This document shows positions 39,651 through 48,766 of a DNA stretch of 64,000 bases, piece by piece. Below the pieces are notes generated by a model. It made no database searches. It saw only the letters and a list, made by a program, of their open reading frames with translations, and was not told where the DNA came from. How positions within the stretch are numbered: position 1 is the first letter of the stretch; the number at the start of each line of letters is the position of its first letter. The position numbers were made by a program, and so were the translations under genes. The DNA lies in NCBI GenBank assembly GCA_040285745.1, contig JAUFOR010000003.1, positions 310,001 to 374,000 on the forward strand, given 5' to 3'. The stretch is from Barthelona sp. PCE (taxonomy: Eukaryota).

Positions 39651-40235
39651 CTACTTTCCATTGATCATCTTAATAAGATCCTTAGAAACAACCATGCCAC
39701 GTTTTGTTTCCCTAAACTTGGCATTGGGGTTCTCACGAACAGAAACAAGACCATAATCACGATCAAAAGTTCTGTTTCTGTTCTTGAACTCTTTAAATTC
39801 TTTTCTTGCTCCATTGAATGTGACGCCTGCCACGAGTTCCTCTTCTCTGGCAGCGCGTTCAAGAGTCTTTAACTGTTTGGCTCTGATACCTTGCTTTATC
39901 TTCATTGGGATTTTTGTATGTTTTGTTTTAGAGATGCCCAACCGAGTTAATCTATCTGCTTCAAACTTCTTTCTCTCCCGTTTAGACAAATTCTTGGCAC
40001 CAAAAAGCATAACCTCGTTGTGTACTTTCTTAAAAAGTCGTTCTTGCTCTTGGACCCTCTCATCAAATGTTTGAACCTGAGAACTCTTCTTCTTTTCATG
40101 TTCTACACGTGTTCTTTGGTGTCTGGAGTGCGAAATCGATTCCACACTGTCTGAACTGGGTTTTTTTTTTCTTCTGTTCCTAATAGCATTTTCTAACATG
40201 CTGTCATTGCAATTGATTTCCCCCTTCAAGCCCAT
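39651..40235 (-). CDS. Basic nucleolar 40S processome factor (Faf1/C1orf131-like)
   Basis: V..FGA..L...ERKKFE..RL..LG..K..KIP.KI..G pattern; C-terminal KF....GMVVSK.LI. Confidence 0.65.
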   Translation of the reverse strand: MGLKGEINCNDSMLENAIRNRRKKKPSSDSVESISHSRHQRTRVEHEKKKSSQVQTFDERVQEQERLFKKVHNEVMLFGAKNLSKRERKKFEADRLTRLGISKTKHTKIPMKIKQGIRAKQLKTLERAAREEELVAGVTFNGARKEFKEFKNRNRTFDRDYGLVSVRENPNAKFRETKRGMVVSKDLIKMINGK

Positions 40236-40315
40236 TATGCAATAATATGTTTTGTAATAGATATTGAAATGTGAAAACGTGGATATCACTATTCTTACCC
40301 GTTACATACTTTGCA

Positions 40316-43135
40316 ATGAGTACAGTTTTAGATATCAGTGTTTTAAGGGGCTTTTGTCAATCGAAGAATGTATTTAAGGACATTTCTCAGTTCATTTCTG
40401 TTATAGTTCCTTTTTTAAGCGTTAATGATGAAAAAATTTATGCTTCTTTGTTGAATCTATTGGAAAGAGGGCTCAAGCAGAGTGTGAATAATCCTAATAC
40501 CGTTGAGGAATTGGGAGAATTTTTTGATGTGCTACTCGATTATTTACTTGAGTTTAGTGAGGGAAAGTCACTGAACATCGGATTTAAGGTAGTTGAACAC
40601 GCTCTGAAAAGTGGAATTACTGATACTCAATGCAAACGTATCTTATGTCTTCTCCTATCCTTCAGTTCCGAATTTACACTCAATGTTGGCTTTACATTTG
40701 CGGACATGGCTGTTCAAAGAAACCTCCCCACGGATATTTGCCATAGATTCTTAAAATCATTACCATTTGAAGATAAAAAATTCGTTTCACGACTTGTTCA
40801 GATAAAATATTCATCAGAAGAGATCGCCACAGAGTTTTTCGACGAGTATTTTTGTATTGATCACCACTCTCGTATTGATAAGTTGGTTCCAGAGCTAACT
40901 GCATTGATGTTGGAGAATGGAAGTCCTTTTGCATGGAAAATTTATCTTTCTAAGTTAAAGGATGCTAACATCAAGTTGACCCTCACAGGCTCGTCCAACA
41001 AGAAGGTCTCTCTGAATGTTTTCCAAGAGTTCTGCTCATTTTTAAAGGTTGCTAGTGATGCTGAAGACATTGTTCGTTTATTGAGATTTATTATTGACTT
41101 AGGTATACTCACACCAGCAGGCAAACGGGCTAGGGTTGAGCGTGACATTCTGTTCCAATTCTTTATGGTCAGTTTGGAATCAAATCTGATGAATGAGGAT
41201 CTTTTTGATGTTTTTTTAAATTTACTCGGACAAAAACTCTTTGTTTTCATCAAAGACATGGTAGTTGACACAAGACTCATCTTCATACTAGTTCGTTATC
41301 TTTTGAATACAAACCAAATTATGTTACTTTTTTCTGAACCACTAGTTCAATATTTTACCATTGAAAATATTTCTAAAGAACTCGTTGAGTTGCTTAAATC
41401 CAATGTTTCACAGATGAATGTCTTGACTCTTATCCGTGTTTTCCAGAGATTATTGAAGATTGAAGCACACATCAGTTTGTTTGAATGTTTCTGTTTCGGT
41501 ATTACCAAAAAGCACTTGTTATCGGCAAAGTTCAAACAGTTTTTAAACGATAATGAGTTTGAGGGGAGTTTCCTATTTGCTTTAATTAAGAAAACAATCA
41601 AGTTTGATCAAATTGTTGAGGAGGTGTTTTCTGGTATAGGCTCAGATTTTCAGATTCACGAATACTTTCTTCTTTCTCATTGTAAGAAGGATCATTCTTC
41701 CACATACTATTTCAACGTGATGGTGTTGCTGTTTCAGTTACAACTCATTAATAAGGAGCGTTTTTGTTTCATAATGGGTGCCATTGAAGTTTCCATTCAG
41801 CAGAAGTTACTGAGTGCCCTCAGAAATGCAGTGCCCATTCCTGAACATTGGGTACAGACTGCATTTGAAACTATGCGTGTCATTGAAGAGAAGAAGGATG
41901 TTAATGAGCTGATTTCTGATCTTGAGACGATGTTATTTGGTCGTCAAGCAGTATTAGTGAATATTTTTGAAGGTATCACTCGGTTGAAAAACAAAGAACA
42001 GTATGAAGCACTTTTCCGATTGTTTATGATCCTTCGTGAGAACGTATCCATTCAGCGCATTCAGCAAAGAGATCACGAGACCTTTGTTGAAGATCTTGAG
42101 AGCATTGGAATATCTGAGGAGCAGTACATGAAGACCCACGCTCATGTTCGCACTCGGATTTTTGAAATCTCACTCAGCGATAACCAGACAGCAAGGATCA
42201 TTGCTGCACTTGATGATTTGAACGGTGATATTGGAATGAGCGTTCTTTGTGATCAAATCAAGCAGCTTTTGTTTGAGACCGAGTCGGAGATGGATGGTAG
42301 CACAGTCTTTGATGAGTATATCAGCAAAGGTGATATTGACCCTTCAACTCTTTCTTTATTACTTTCACTTCCTTCAGTTATGACTCGTGTTGCGTATAAG
42401 GTATTGGTTGATTTGAAGCCTTACATTACTGCTATAGTCAGTGCACCTGAATTACCAAGTATTGCCTGGAGATACTCTCATCCACAGTTACTGCATTCAT
42501 TAGTGCTTCTTGAGGATGAAGTGTCAATTCTCTCTAATTTATACGCTGCACATTCACGAAATGCATTTTTCGTCAAGACACTTGCTAAAAATGCAGTTCA
42601 CGTAATCAGATCACATGATATATTTCTGATCAAAACAGTTTTATCATTTTTCACGAACAACGGTCTTAATTTGTACCCTCTGATGGGTAACGGTGTGCTT
42701 GAAGCACTAATGGACGGTGTTACATGTGCCAATTGTGAAACTTTACAGTGCATCATTGAGTGCATCACTGTTGTATTCCATAACGATAAGTTCCACATTG
42801 CTAACTTTGGATCGGTGTTAGCAATTATCATTGGGAAGGCTTTTAGTGCCTGTTTTGACCATCCACAGTTGTTTTTACACGCAAGTCTGTTGTTTGAAAC
42901 AATGTGTAGAGATAACAACAGTCTGCGTGTTTACTCATGGACTTCCATTGTACTACCTGTACTTGATAAGTTAGAACTCGTAAAGGCAATGAGTGATGAT
43001 CATAAACATAATTTAATTTGTTGTTTACATTTATTAAAGGATAATTTTACAGCACAACAAAAGAGATACGTACAGACACTCATCCCTAGTTCAAAACCAC
43101 AGTTTAAGAATTTTGATGATATGCTTGCAATATAA
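40316..43135 (+). CDS. Large helical-repeat protein, possibly Urb2/Npa2-like ribosome biogenesis factor
   Basis: ~940 aa, L/F-rich helical; C-terminus (LICCLHLLKD...YVQTL...FKNF) resembles the Urb2 C-domain. Confidence 0.45.
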   Translation: MSTVLDISVLRGFCQSKNVFKDISQFISVIVPFLSVNDEKIYASLLNLLERGLKQSVNNPNTVEELGEFFDVLLDYLLEFSEGKSLNIGFKVVEHALKSGITDTQCKRILCLLLSFSSEFTLNVGFTFADMAVQRNLPTDICHRFLKSLPFEDKKFVSRLVQIKYSSEEIATEFFDEYFCIDHHSRIDKLVPELTALMLENGSPFAWKIYLSKLKDANIKLTLTGSSNKKVSLNVFQEFCSFLKVASDAEDIVRLLRFIIDLGILTPAGKRARVERDILFQFFMVSLESNLMNEDLFDVFLNLLGQKLFVFIKDMVVDTRLIFILVRYLLNTNQIMLLFSEPLVQYFTIENISKELVELLKSNVSQMNVLTLIRVFQRLLKIEAHISLFECFCFGITKKHLLSAKFKQFLNDNEFEGSFLFALIKKTIKFDQIVEEVFSGIGSDFQIHEYFLLSHCKKDHSSTYYFNVMVLLFQLQLINKERFCFIMGAIEVSIQQKLLSALRNAVPIPEHWVQTAFETMRVIEEKKDVNELISDLETMLFGRQAVLVNIFEGITRLKNKEQYEALFRLFMILRENVSIQRIQQRDHETFVEDLESIGISEEQYMKTHAHVRTRIFEISLSDNQTARIIAALDDLNGDIGMSVLCDQIKQLLFETESEMDGSTVFDEYISKGDIDPSTLSLLLSLPSVMTRVAYKVLVDLKPYITAIVSAPELPSIAWRYSHPQLLHSLVLLEDEVSILSNLYAAHSRNAFFVKTLAKNAVHVIRSHDIFLIKTVLSFFTNNGLNLYPLMGNGVLEALMDGVTCANCETLQCIIECITVVFHNDKFHIANFGSVLAIIIGKAFSACFDHPQLFLHASLLFETMCRDNNSLRVYSWTSIVLPVLDKLELVKAMSDDHKHNLICCLHLLKDNFTAQQKRYVQTLIPSSKPQFKNFDDMLAI

Positions 43136-43455
43136 ATCATAAGAAGACCTATTCAAATAAATAACAATACCCTAACAAAGAAAAAAAAATTCACATAAAA
43201 ATTTGTTGCAACAAAATTTCACAGTATGAAACTAATGTCTGTTGGTCCTAGAACAAAACAAGTTAAAGCTGCTGAAAAACACGGTATTTTGACTGCATAT
43301 ATACATATATACTTGAGGCAAAAATGAAGATAACTGGCTGAAAAACAAGTCATCCAAATGTACTCATCATGCGGCCGGGCCCCGTATCCCTTCGATGAAT
43401 CTATAGATGAAAACGGAGCATAAACTTAAAGTATTATTTTCTTCCTCTTTCATTA

Positions 43456-46400
43456 ATGAGTCTAAGAAATAGAAAGTATGACTTTAGTGGCCTTAACAAA
43501 AAGGCTTTCACTCCAACATCCAATGGGACCGTCAATAGCGCTTCTGTGATGTCTATGAATTCGGGTTCTAAACCAACCAATAGCGCTTCTGCTATATCTA
43601 TGAATTCGGTTTCTAAACCTTCTAAACCAACCAATAAGTACGTTGACAAAGTTAAGAATATCCCTTTTAATGCACTTGAAGGAAGTTATAAACTGCCAGT
43701 AGTTCCATTGAATTCTGATAGCACTAAGTTCCAATATACTAAATTTACGCCCACAGTCCAGCAGGTTGGTGTTCAACCAAAGATTAGCATTGTTCAACCA
43801 CCTAAGGAAGAAGTTCTTGAGCCCACACCTGTCAAGCCTTTAGAGAAGCCTCTTATCAATCCTGATGCGATTAAATCATCACCTGGGTTTGCTGACGTTA
43901 ATTTTTCTGATGATACTGATGATGATAGTATCAAGGAAGAACTCACATCACCTGGTATTCCTTCAAAACCCTCAACCCCAGTTGGTAAGATTAGCCAACC
44001 TTCACCTCCTTTACGTACACCAGAAATTTCTCGTAAACCTACTGAGGTCACGTTAGAAGTTGAGACTGCGGAAGGTGTAACCAAAACTGTTGATGTAGAT
44101 GATGAGAGTGACTCATTAGAGTCCGAAGAGGCAGGCTATGCCTCCGAGGTTGAAGAGGACGTTACAACCCCCGAAACGTCAGTACCTTCTGCAGATGTTA
44201 TTGGTACACCTATGTTACACCCTATGCCTGGTACACCTTCAAAAATTCACACCCGTATTGTCAGCCCCGGTGTGGACAACTATATTCCACCCACTCCCCT
44301 TCCCGAGCGTAATTACGAGAATTCAACACCCTTATTCCAGTACGACCTTAATGTTTTACTCAAGAAGCGTGAGGAGTTTTTGTCGAACCCATCTCACACT
44401 GTCGACACACAGCGTGATCTTCCAGTCATGCTGCGTAAGAAGGATGATTTCGATCCCGCACAGGTTGCAGGTGACCTTCAGTTACTCATCAACACCATGA
44501 CTGTGGACAACGTTGGGGATAAGGTCAAGAAAATCAAGGATATCCTTAAGCGCGCAGAGACCAATGAGAAGCAGGAGATCGAGAAGTGGAAGCAAGATAA
44601 CCAGAGTAGGAACAGAAAGAATCAACGAGGAAAGCGTAATAATAACAATTATCCTCCGATTCCTGAGCGTTTCTTATTGGTCAAGGCCGTATCAAATCGT
44701 TTTGTTGAGGCTCTGTTCAAGGTTGCGCTTCTCAACCCCCGTTTCAACGATTGTTTCGCCGAAGCATGCTTCCTTCTTGAGGAAGTTGAAATTGTTGATG
44801 CTCTCATTGACCGTCTTAAGATGTGTCTCGATCTCTTCTTAACCGATTTTGATATCGAGCACTCTCATTACGACAAGTCTGATCCCATCATCCAGATGCT
44901 CTCCAAGAATTGCGCTGTCGGTGGCACAAAGGCTGAGCAGTTTGTTGCTGATACCAAGCGTAAGACAATGCTTGATGGTCTTGTGAACATGTTTGGTGAG
45001 CTCTTTAAGCGTCTCATCATGCCTCCTTCTCTGTTTGAGGAGGTATGTCAGAGTATGTTTGAGTTGCACTTCCGTTCTCTTGGTATTAACTTTGATGACA
45101 TTGATCTTCCCGGTAATTTTGCTGGATATAAGCAAGAAGGTATTCTCGATAAGAAAATCGCTCAACTCATGGGTTACACTGATTATATGCATTGTACCAA
45201 GAAAACACATGATGTTGTTACAGATATGGTCAACATTTACAAGGAACGTATGCAAGGATTGAGGGATGAGCAGTCTCCTATCCTTGAAACAGTTGACTAT
45301 GAACCTTTGCTTTTATGGGTTCAGTTCTCAGTCAGTGTTGGTGAGCTCGTTGATTTCTTTGATCGTGGTGTCCTTCCCAACACAAAGAGTAATGACCGTA
45401 CAGTTTCGGTTCCTAATAACTTTAGCAAGTATGTTCTTCACAGATTTAAGAACAGAAGATTCAAGGATCGTATCTCCCAATACACTAACGACAATGCATG
45501 GACTCGTGTCTGTTGGGTGTTTAACGGAACATCCAAGTTTTTGATTGAAATTAAGAAGCTAATGAATGCAAAGACCCGTTTCAAGATCATGGATCTTGAT
45601 GAGGCTCGTTCTGTTGGTTGGAATAAGGAAAATCCTAGAAAGATGTACAAATATCTCTCTGATAGTGAGCGCGGTGAAATCCGTCCCCCTTCACGTCCTC
45701 CACAGCGTGTTGTAAGTGTTGGTGTCCCAGAATCACAACCGCAACAGAAGCAAGGCCGTCGCAAAGGAGGCAAAGGCAAAGGCAAAGGAGGTAAGGATCG
45801 TAGAGATCGTGGTGAGAACCGTGATCGTAAGGATAAACAGAACTCCCCCGCTAAGCGTGGTAAGCGTGATCGTCGCGATCGTGACCGCGGTAGCAACCGT
45901 AATAAGCAGGAGCAGGGTATCTCACCTTCACCAGCTCCTGAAATGAGGGTAGACACAAACATTGCACGTGATGTTACCCCTAAGGTTGGCACCACCCCTA
46001 CAGCAGTGGATTCCACCAAGCTTGAAAGGATTTTTGCAGTATTTGATGAATGTATTGACAGTTATGACAAGCACGACGAAATCAAGAAGAACATATTGAA
46101 CGCTCTACTTCGCTTCGACAGTGTAACATTCATCAACAGTCTCCTTACCTTCAAATACAACGCTGCTATCACATCATTTGAAGAGCAGTGTATCCCTCTT
46201 GTTTTTGAAAAGATGTTCTCAGCTTTACATGAGAAGTATGAGGCAGATTTCATTGGAGCTGTCCGTGAACATCTACCTCGTGTTTTGAATGATATGGATG
46301 ATCGTCGTTTCGCTCGTATTCTATTTGCACAAGTTGAGCGTCTGATTGGTGATGGTAGTCTTGTTATTGCTGATTTTGTTCCAATTATTGATTTGATGGG

Positions 46401-46866
46401 TGCAAGTGGTTTAGATTTTATTAAAGACGTTGTTACTCGTCTTTTTGGAAGTTATAAGTATGCTAACATTCTTGAGATAACAGATAACAATGAAGATTTT
46501 GCACAGTTTGTGGTTTTTCACACTTTGAAGCAATGGATGACTAAACCAAAGTTACCTACAGAAGAAGAGTTAAATGGTCTTGTTACTAGCAAGGAAATTC
46601 CAGAGATCATTGCATGCATTGCTTTCTTACGAATTGTTGTTGATCAAAAGAATCTTTCGTTATTAGAACTGTATCATAGTATGAATAACAGTATAACAAC
46701 TCATATTTCTGAGATTGAACGTAAGAATATTCGTTTATTCGAGAATTATCAGACATTGTCGAAACCAAAAGAAGAAAAACCAGTGGTTGTGGAGCCAAAG
46801 GAAGAGGTTACTTTTTCAGCGAGAGATTTAATGGCTATGCGTCGTAAAAAGAAATCAAAGAAATAA
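43456..46866 (+). CDS. eIF4G: Translation initiation factor eIF4G-like (MIF4G)
   Basis: Pro-rich N-region; YDLNVLL 4E-binding motif; MIF4G hallmarks LINTMT.DN, LFKVA...P.F...FA..C, G.V..FGELFK, RFKIMDL.EAR..GW; RG/RD-rich region. Confidence 0.85.
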   Translation: MSLRNRKYDFSGLNKKAFTPTSNGTVNSASVMSMNSGSKPTNSASAISMNSVSKPSKPTNKYVDKVKNIPFNALEGSYKLPVVPLNSDSTKFQYTKFTPTVQQVGVQPKISIVQPPKEEVLEPTPVKPLEKPLINPDAIKSSPGFADVNFSDDTDDDSIKEELTSPGIPSKPSTPVGKISQPSPPLRTPEISRKPTEVTLEVETAEGVTKTVDVDDESDSLESEEAGYASEVEEDVTTPETSVPSADVIGTPMLHPMPGTPSKIHTRIVSPGVDNYIPPTPLPERNYENSTPLFQYDLNVLLKKREEFLSNPSHTVDTQRDLPVMLRKKDDFDPAQVAGDLQLLINTMTVDNVGDKVKKIKDILKRAETNEKQEIEKWKQDNQSRNRKNQRGKRNNNNYPPIPERFLLVKAVSNRFVEALFKVALLNPRFNDCFAEACFLLEEVEIVDALIDRLKMCLDLFLTDFDIEHSHYDKSDPIIQMLSKNCAVGGTKAEQFVADTKRKTMLDGLVNMFGELFKRLIMPPSLFEEVCQSMFELHFRSLGINFDDIDLPGNFAGYKQEGILDKKIAQLMGYTDYMHCTKKTHDVVTDMVNIYKERMQGLRDEQSPILETVDYEPLLLWVQFSVSVGELVDFFDRGVLPNTKSNDRTVSVPNNFSKYVLHRFKNRRFKDRISQYTNDNAWTRVCWVFNGTSKFLIEIKKLMNAKTRFKIMDLDEARSVGWNKENPRKMYKYLSDSERGEIRPPSRPPQRVVSVGVPESQPQQKQGRRKGGKGKGKGGKDRRDRGENRDRKDKQNSPAKRGKRDRRDRDRGSNRNKQEQGISPSPAPEMRVDTNIARDVTPKVGTTPTAVDSTKLERIFAVFDECIDSYDKHDEIKKNILNALLRFDSVTFINSLLTFKYNAAITSFEEQCIPLVFEKMFSALHEKYEADFIGAVREHLPRVLNDMDDRRFARILFAQVERLIGDGSLVIADFVPIIDLMGASGLDFIKDVVTRLFGSYKYANILEITDNNEDFAQFVVFHTLKQWMTKPKLPTEEELNGLVTSKEIPEIIACIAFLRIVVDQKNLSLLELYHSMNNSITTHISEIERKNIRLFENYQTLSKPKEEKPVVVEPKEEVTFSARDLMAMRRKKKSKK

Positions 46867-47661
46867 TTACCGCATTTTTGCAATTATAAACAGTAAAGCA
46901 ACAACAATTATGAATACTTTAATCATAAATTTGCGATTACCACTCACTCGTGACCAAAGTTTAGTAACCTCTGTCACAACACCGTTCAACGAGTTTTCCG
47001 CATTTTCAACATTTGTCTCTATTTCAATGATGACTTCATCCTGTAATTCAATTAATGTGCTCATCTGAACAAAAACATCGCCTAATTGATGTAAAATACG
47101 TTCAAGATCGCGAATACTTTGTGTTCTATCCCTCATATAGTCCTGCTCCATGTATACCTGAGCAGTTGCAGTTTCTTCTGTGACATGTCGACGGCGTATT
47201 GTACTTGAAACATCTGTGTATGAAGCAAATGCCTCTGATTCCTTGTTCTGCATACGTAGATCGGAGTTCAATCGTTGTGTAATATGTGAATAAATATCGC
47301 TAATATCACCAAATTCAACTTGCAATGTTTTAAATACACTTTTGAGATGTGCTTCTTCTTGTCCATTTGTTCTCCTCTGATTAATCATTTCTTGCAAGCA
47401 CTGAGTCTCCATGTTAAGCTCTTTGATATCAGAGCCGATAGTTTCAATGAGTTTGGGTAGCTCAAGTCGATCAAAGGTCTCAAAGTTCTGTGATATATTG
47501 TCAAGGAGCGTCAAGTTCCTTCTGAATTTCTCCATAATGTTTGTGGCGATGCTAATGACCTGACTTGTTCTGTTAGTTTTTCGTTTTGTTATTAAAGGTG
47601 CCCTTTCTTCATTTGGGACTGATTCTGCCATAGAAAAGAATGCTTTTGTAAGGTCAGACAT
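46867..47661 (-). CDS. STX5: Syntaxin-5/Sed5 (Qa-SNARE)
   Basis: N-peptide DLT.AF, Habc helices, SNARE motif IRDLE..L.QLG.VF.QM..LI..QDE, VSGNR..MIKVF, C-terminal TM. Confidence 0.9.
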   Translation of the reverse strand: MSDLTKAFFSMAESVPNEERAPLITKRKTNRTSQVISIATNIMEKFRRNLTLLDNISQNFETFDRLELPKLIETIGSDIKELNMETQCLQEMINQRRTNGQEEAHLKSVFKTLQVEFGDISDIYSHITQRLNSDLRMQNKESEAFASYTDVSSTIRRRHVTEETATAQVYMEQDYMRDRTQSIRDLERILHQLGDVFVQMSTLIELQDEVIIEIETNVENAENSLNGVVTEVTKLWSRVSGNRKFMIKVFIIVVALLFIIAKMR

Positions 47662-47826
47662 GTTAAAAAATGTGAGATGTGATGAAGGAGGTGAAAAATT
47701 ATAACAAATGCTATCAATGTTTGTTTATTATATATTAACACTCTGGAATGGTTATAAACTACATGCGATCATTCTCACCATCAGTAAATAGAATTTGTTG
47801 ATTCTAAAGTAAAAAAAAATTGTTGA

Positions 47827-48225
47827 TTAGATTGCAACTTGAACAACGCTGTTATCATTCAGAGATTTAACCTCATCTGCAAGCTCTGCTTTGTCCGTTT
47901 CAAGCTTATTCTTTTCTTTACGCTTCTTCAATTGTTTTTCAAGATTTTTAATGGGTTTTCTGTAAAAAATCATGGACAAAAAGCACATTCCGGCTGTGAA
48001 GAATTGAACTGATACATCATCAGTATCAAGACCATGTGTTGCGCCGATAACAAGAGAAAAAACTCCCAAAACGCATGTGAGGAAGAAACCAATACCTGTG
48101 AGTAGGCTGGCAAACTTGTGCCATATGTAACAGCAGTAACATTTAGTTGCAAAACGCATGACAACCGCCCAAACAAAAAGTGCGATGGAAGTGAATGACC
48201 AATATGGAGCAGGGAATAAGAACAT
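47827..48225 (-). CDS. Small 3-TM membrane protein with basic/coiled tail
   Basis: 132-aa ORF with three hydrophobic segments. Confidence 0.55.
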   Translation of the reverse strand: MFLFPAPYWSFTSIALFVWAVVMRFATKCYCCYIWHKFASLLTGIGFFLTCVLGVFSLVIGATHGLDTDDVSVQFFTAGMCFLSMIFYRKPIKNLEKQLKKRKEKNKLETDKAELADEVKSLNDNSVVQVAI

Positions 48226-48766
48226 TTGTGTAGATTTAAGTGTTTGTAGTAGTAAAAAACTTTAAACTGTTAAAAGAGTAAAATTGGAAAAAAATAAATT
48301 CGTATTTTATAACTAATCAAGAAAAAACGCAAGAAACACGTAATACCCAAAGGATTAAAGGTGTTGCTAAAAAGTGAAAGCGGTGAATAACGCAAATACA
48401 ACATGTACCAATTCGTTTTCTCTTGAATATATATTTTACACATTCACTGCAATATTTTGTGAGTTTTATTTATATATTGTGATGCTAACATACATTTATT
48501 TGTTTATTTTACATAATGACAGCCTGAAAAAGTGGACCTTTTGATCAAGCTATTTATAGCTTTCAGTGCTGATGTTACATGACACCAACAACAGCAGTGG
48601 ATAGATTTTCCATTGACCAGGACAGTAGAATACATTTCATTGTGCAGGTCAGTTCATTTTAAAGTTGAAGTATATTCAACTTTCCAGATGATGCAATGTC
48701 GATGGTGTCGTCACGATACTGGAAGAGGAAATATAATAAAATGGTAAATAAAATACATTTACTTCA

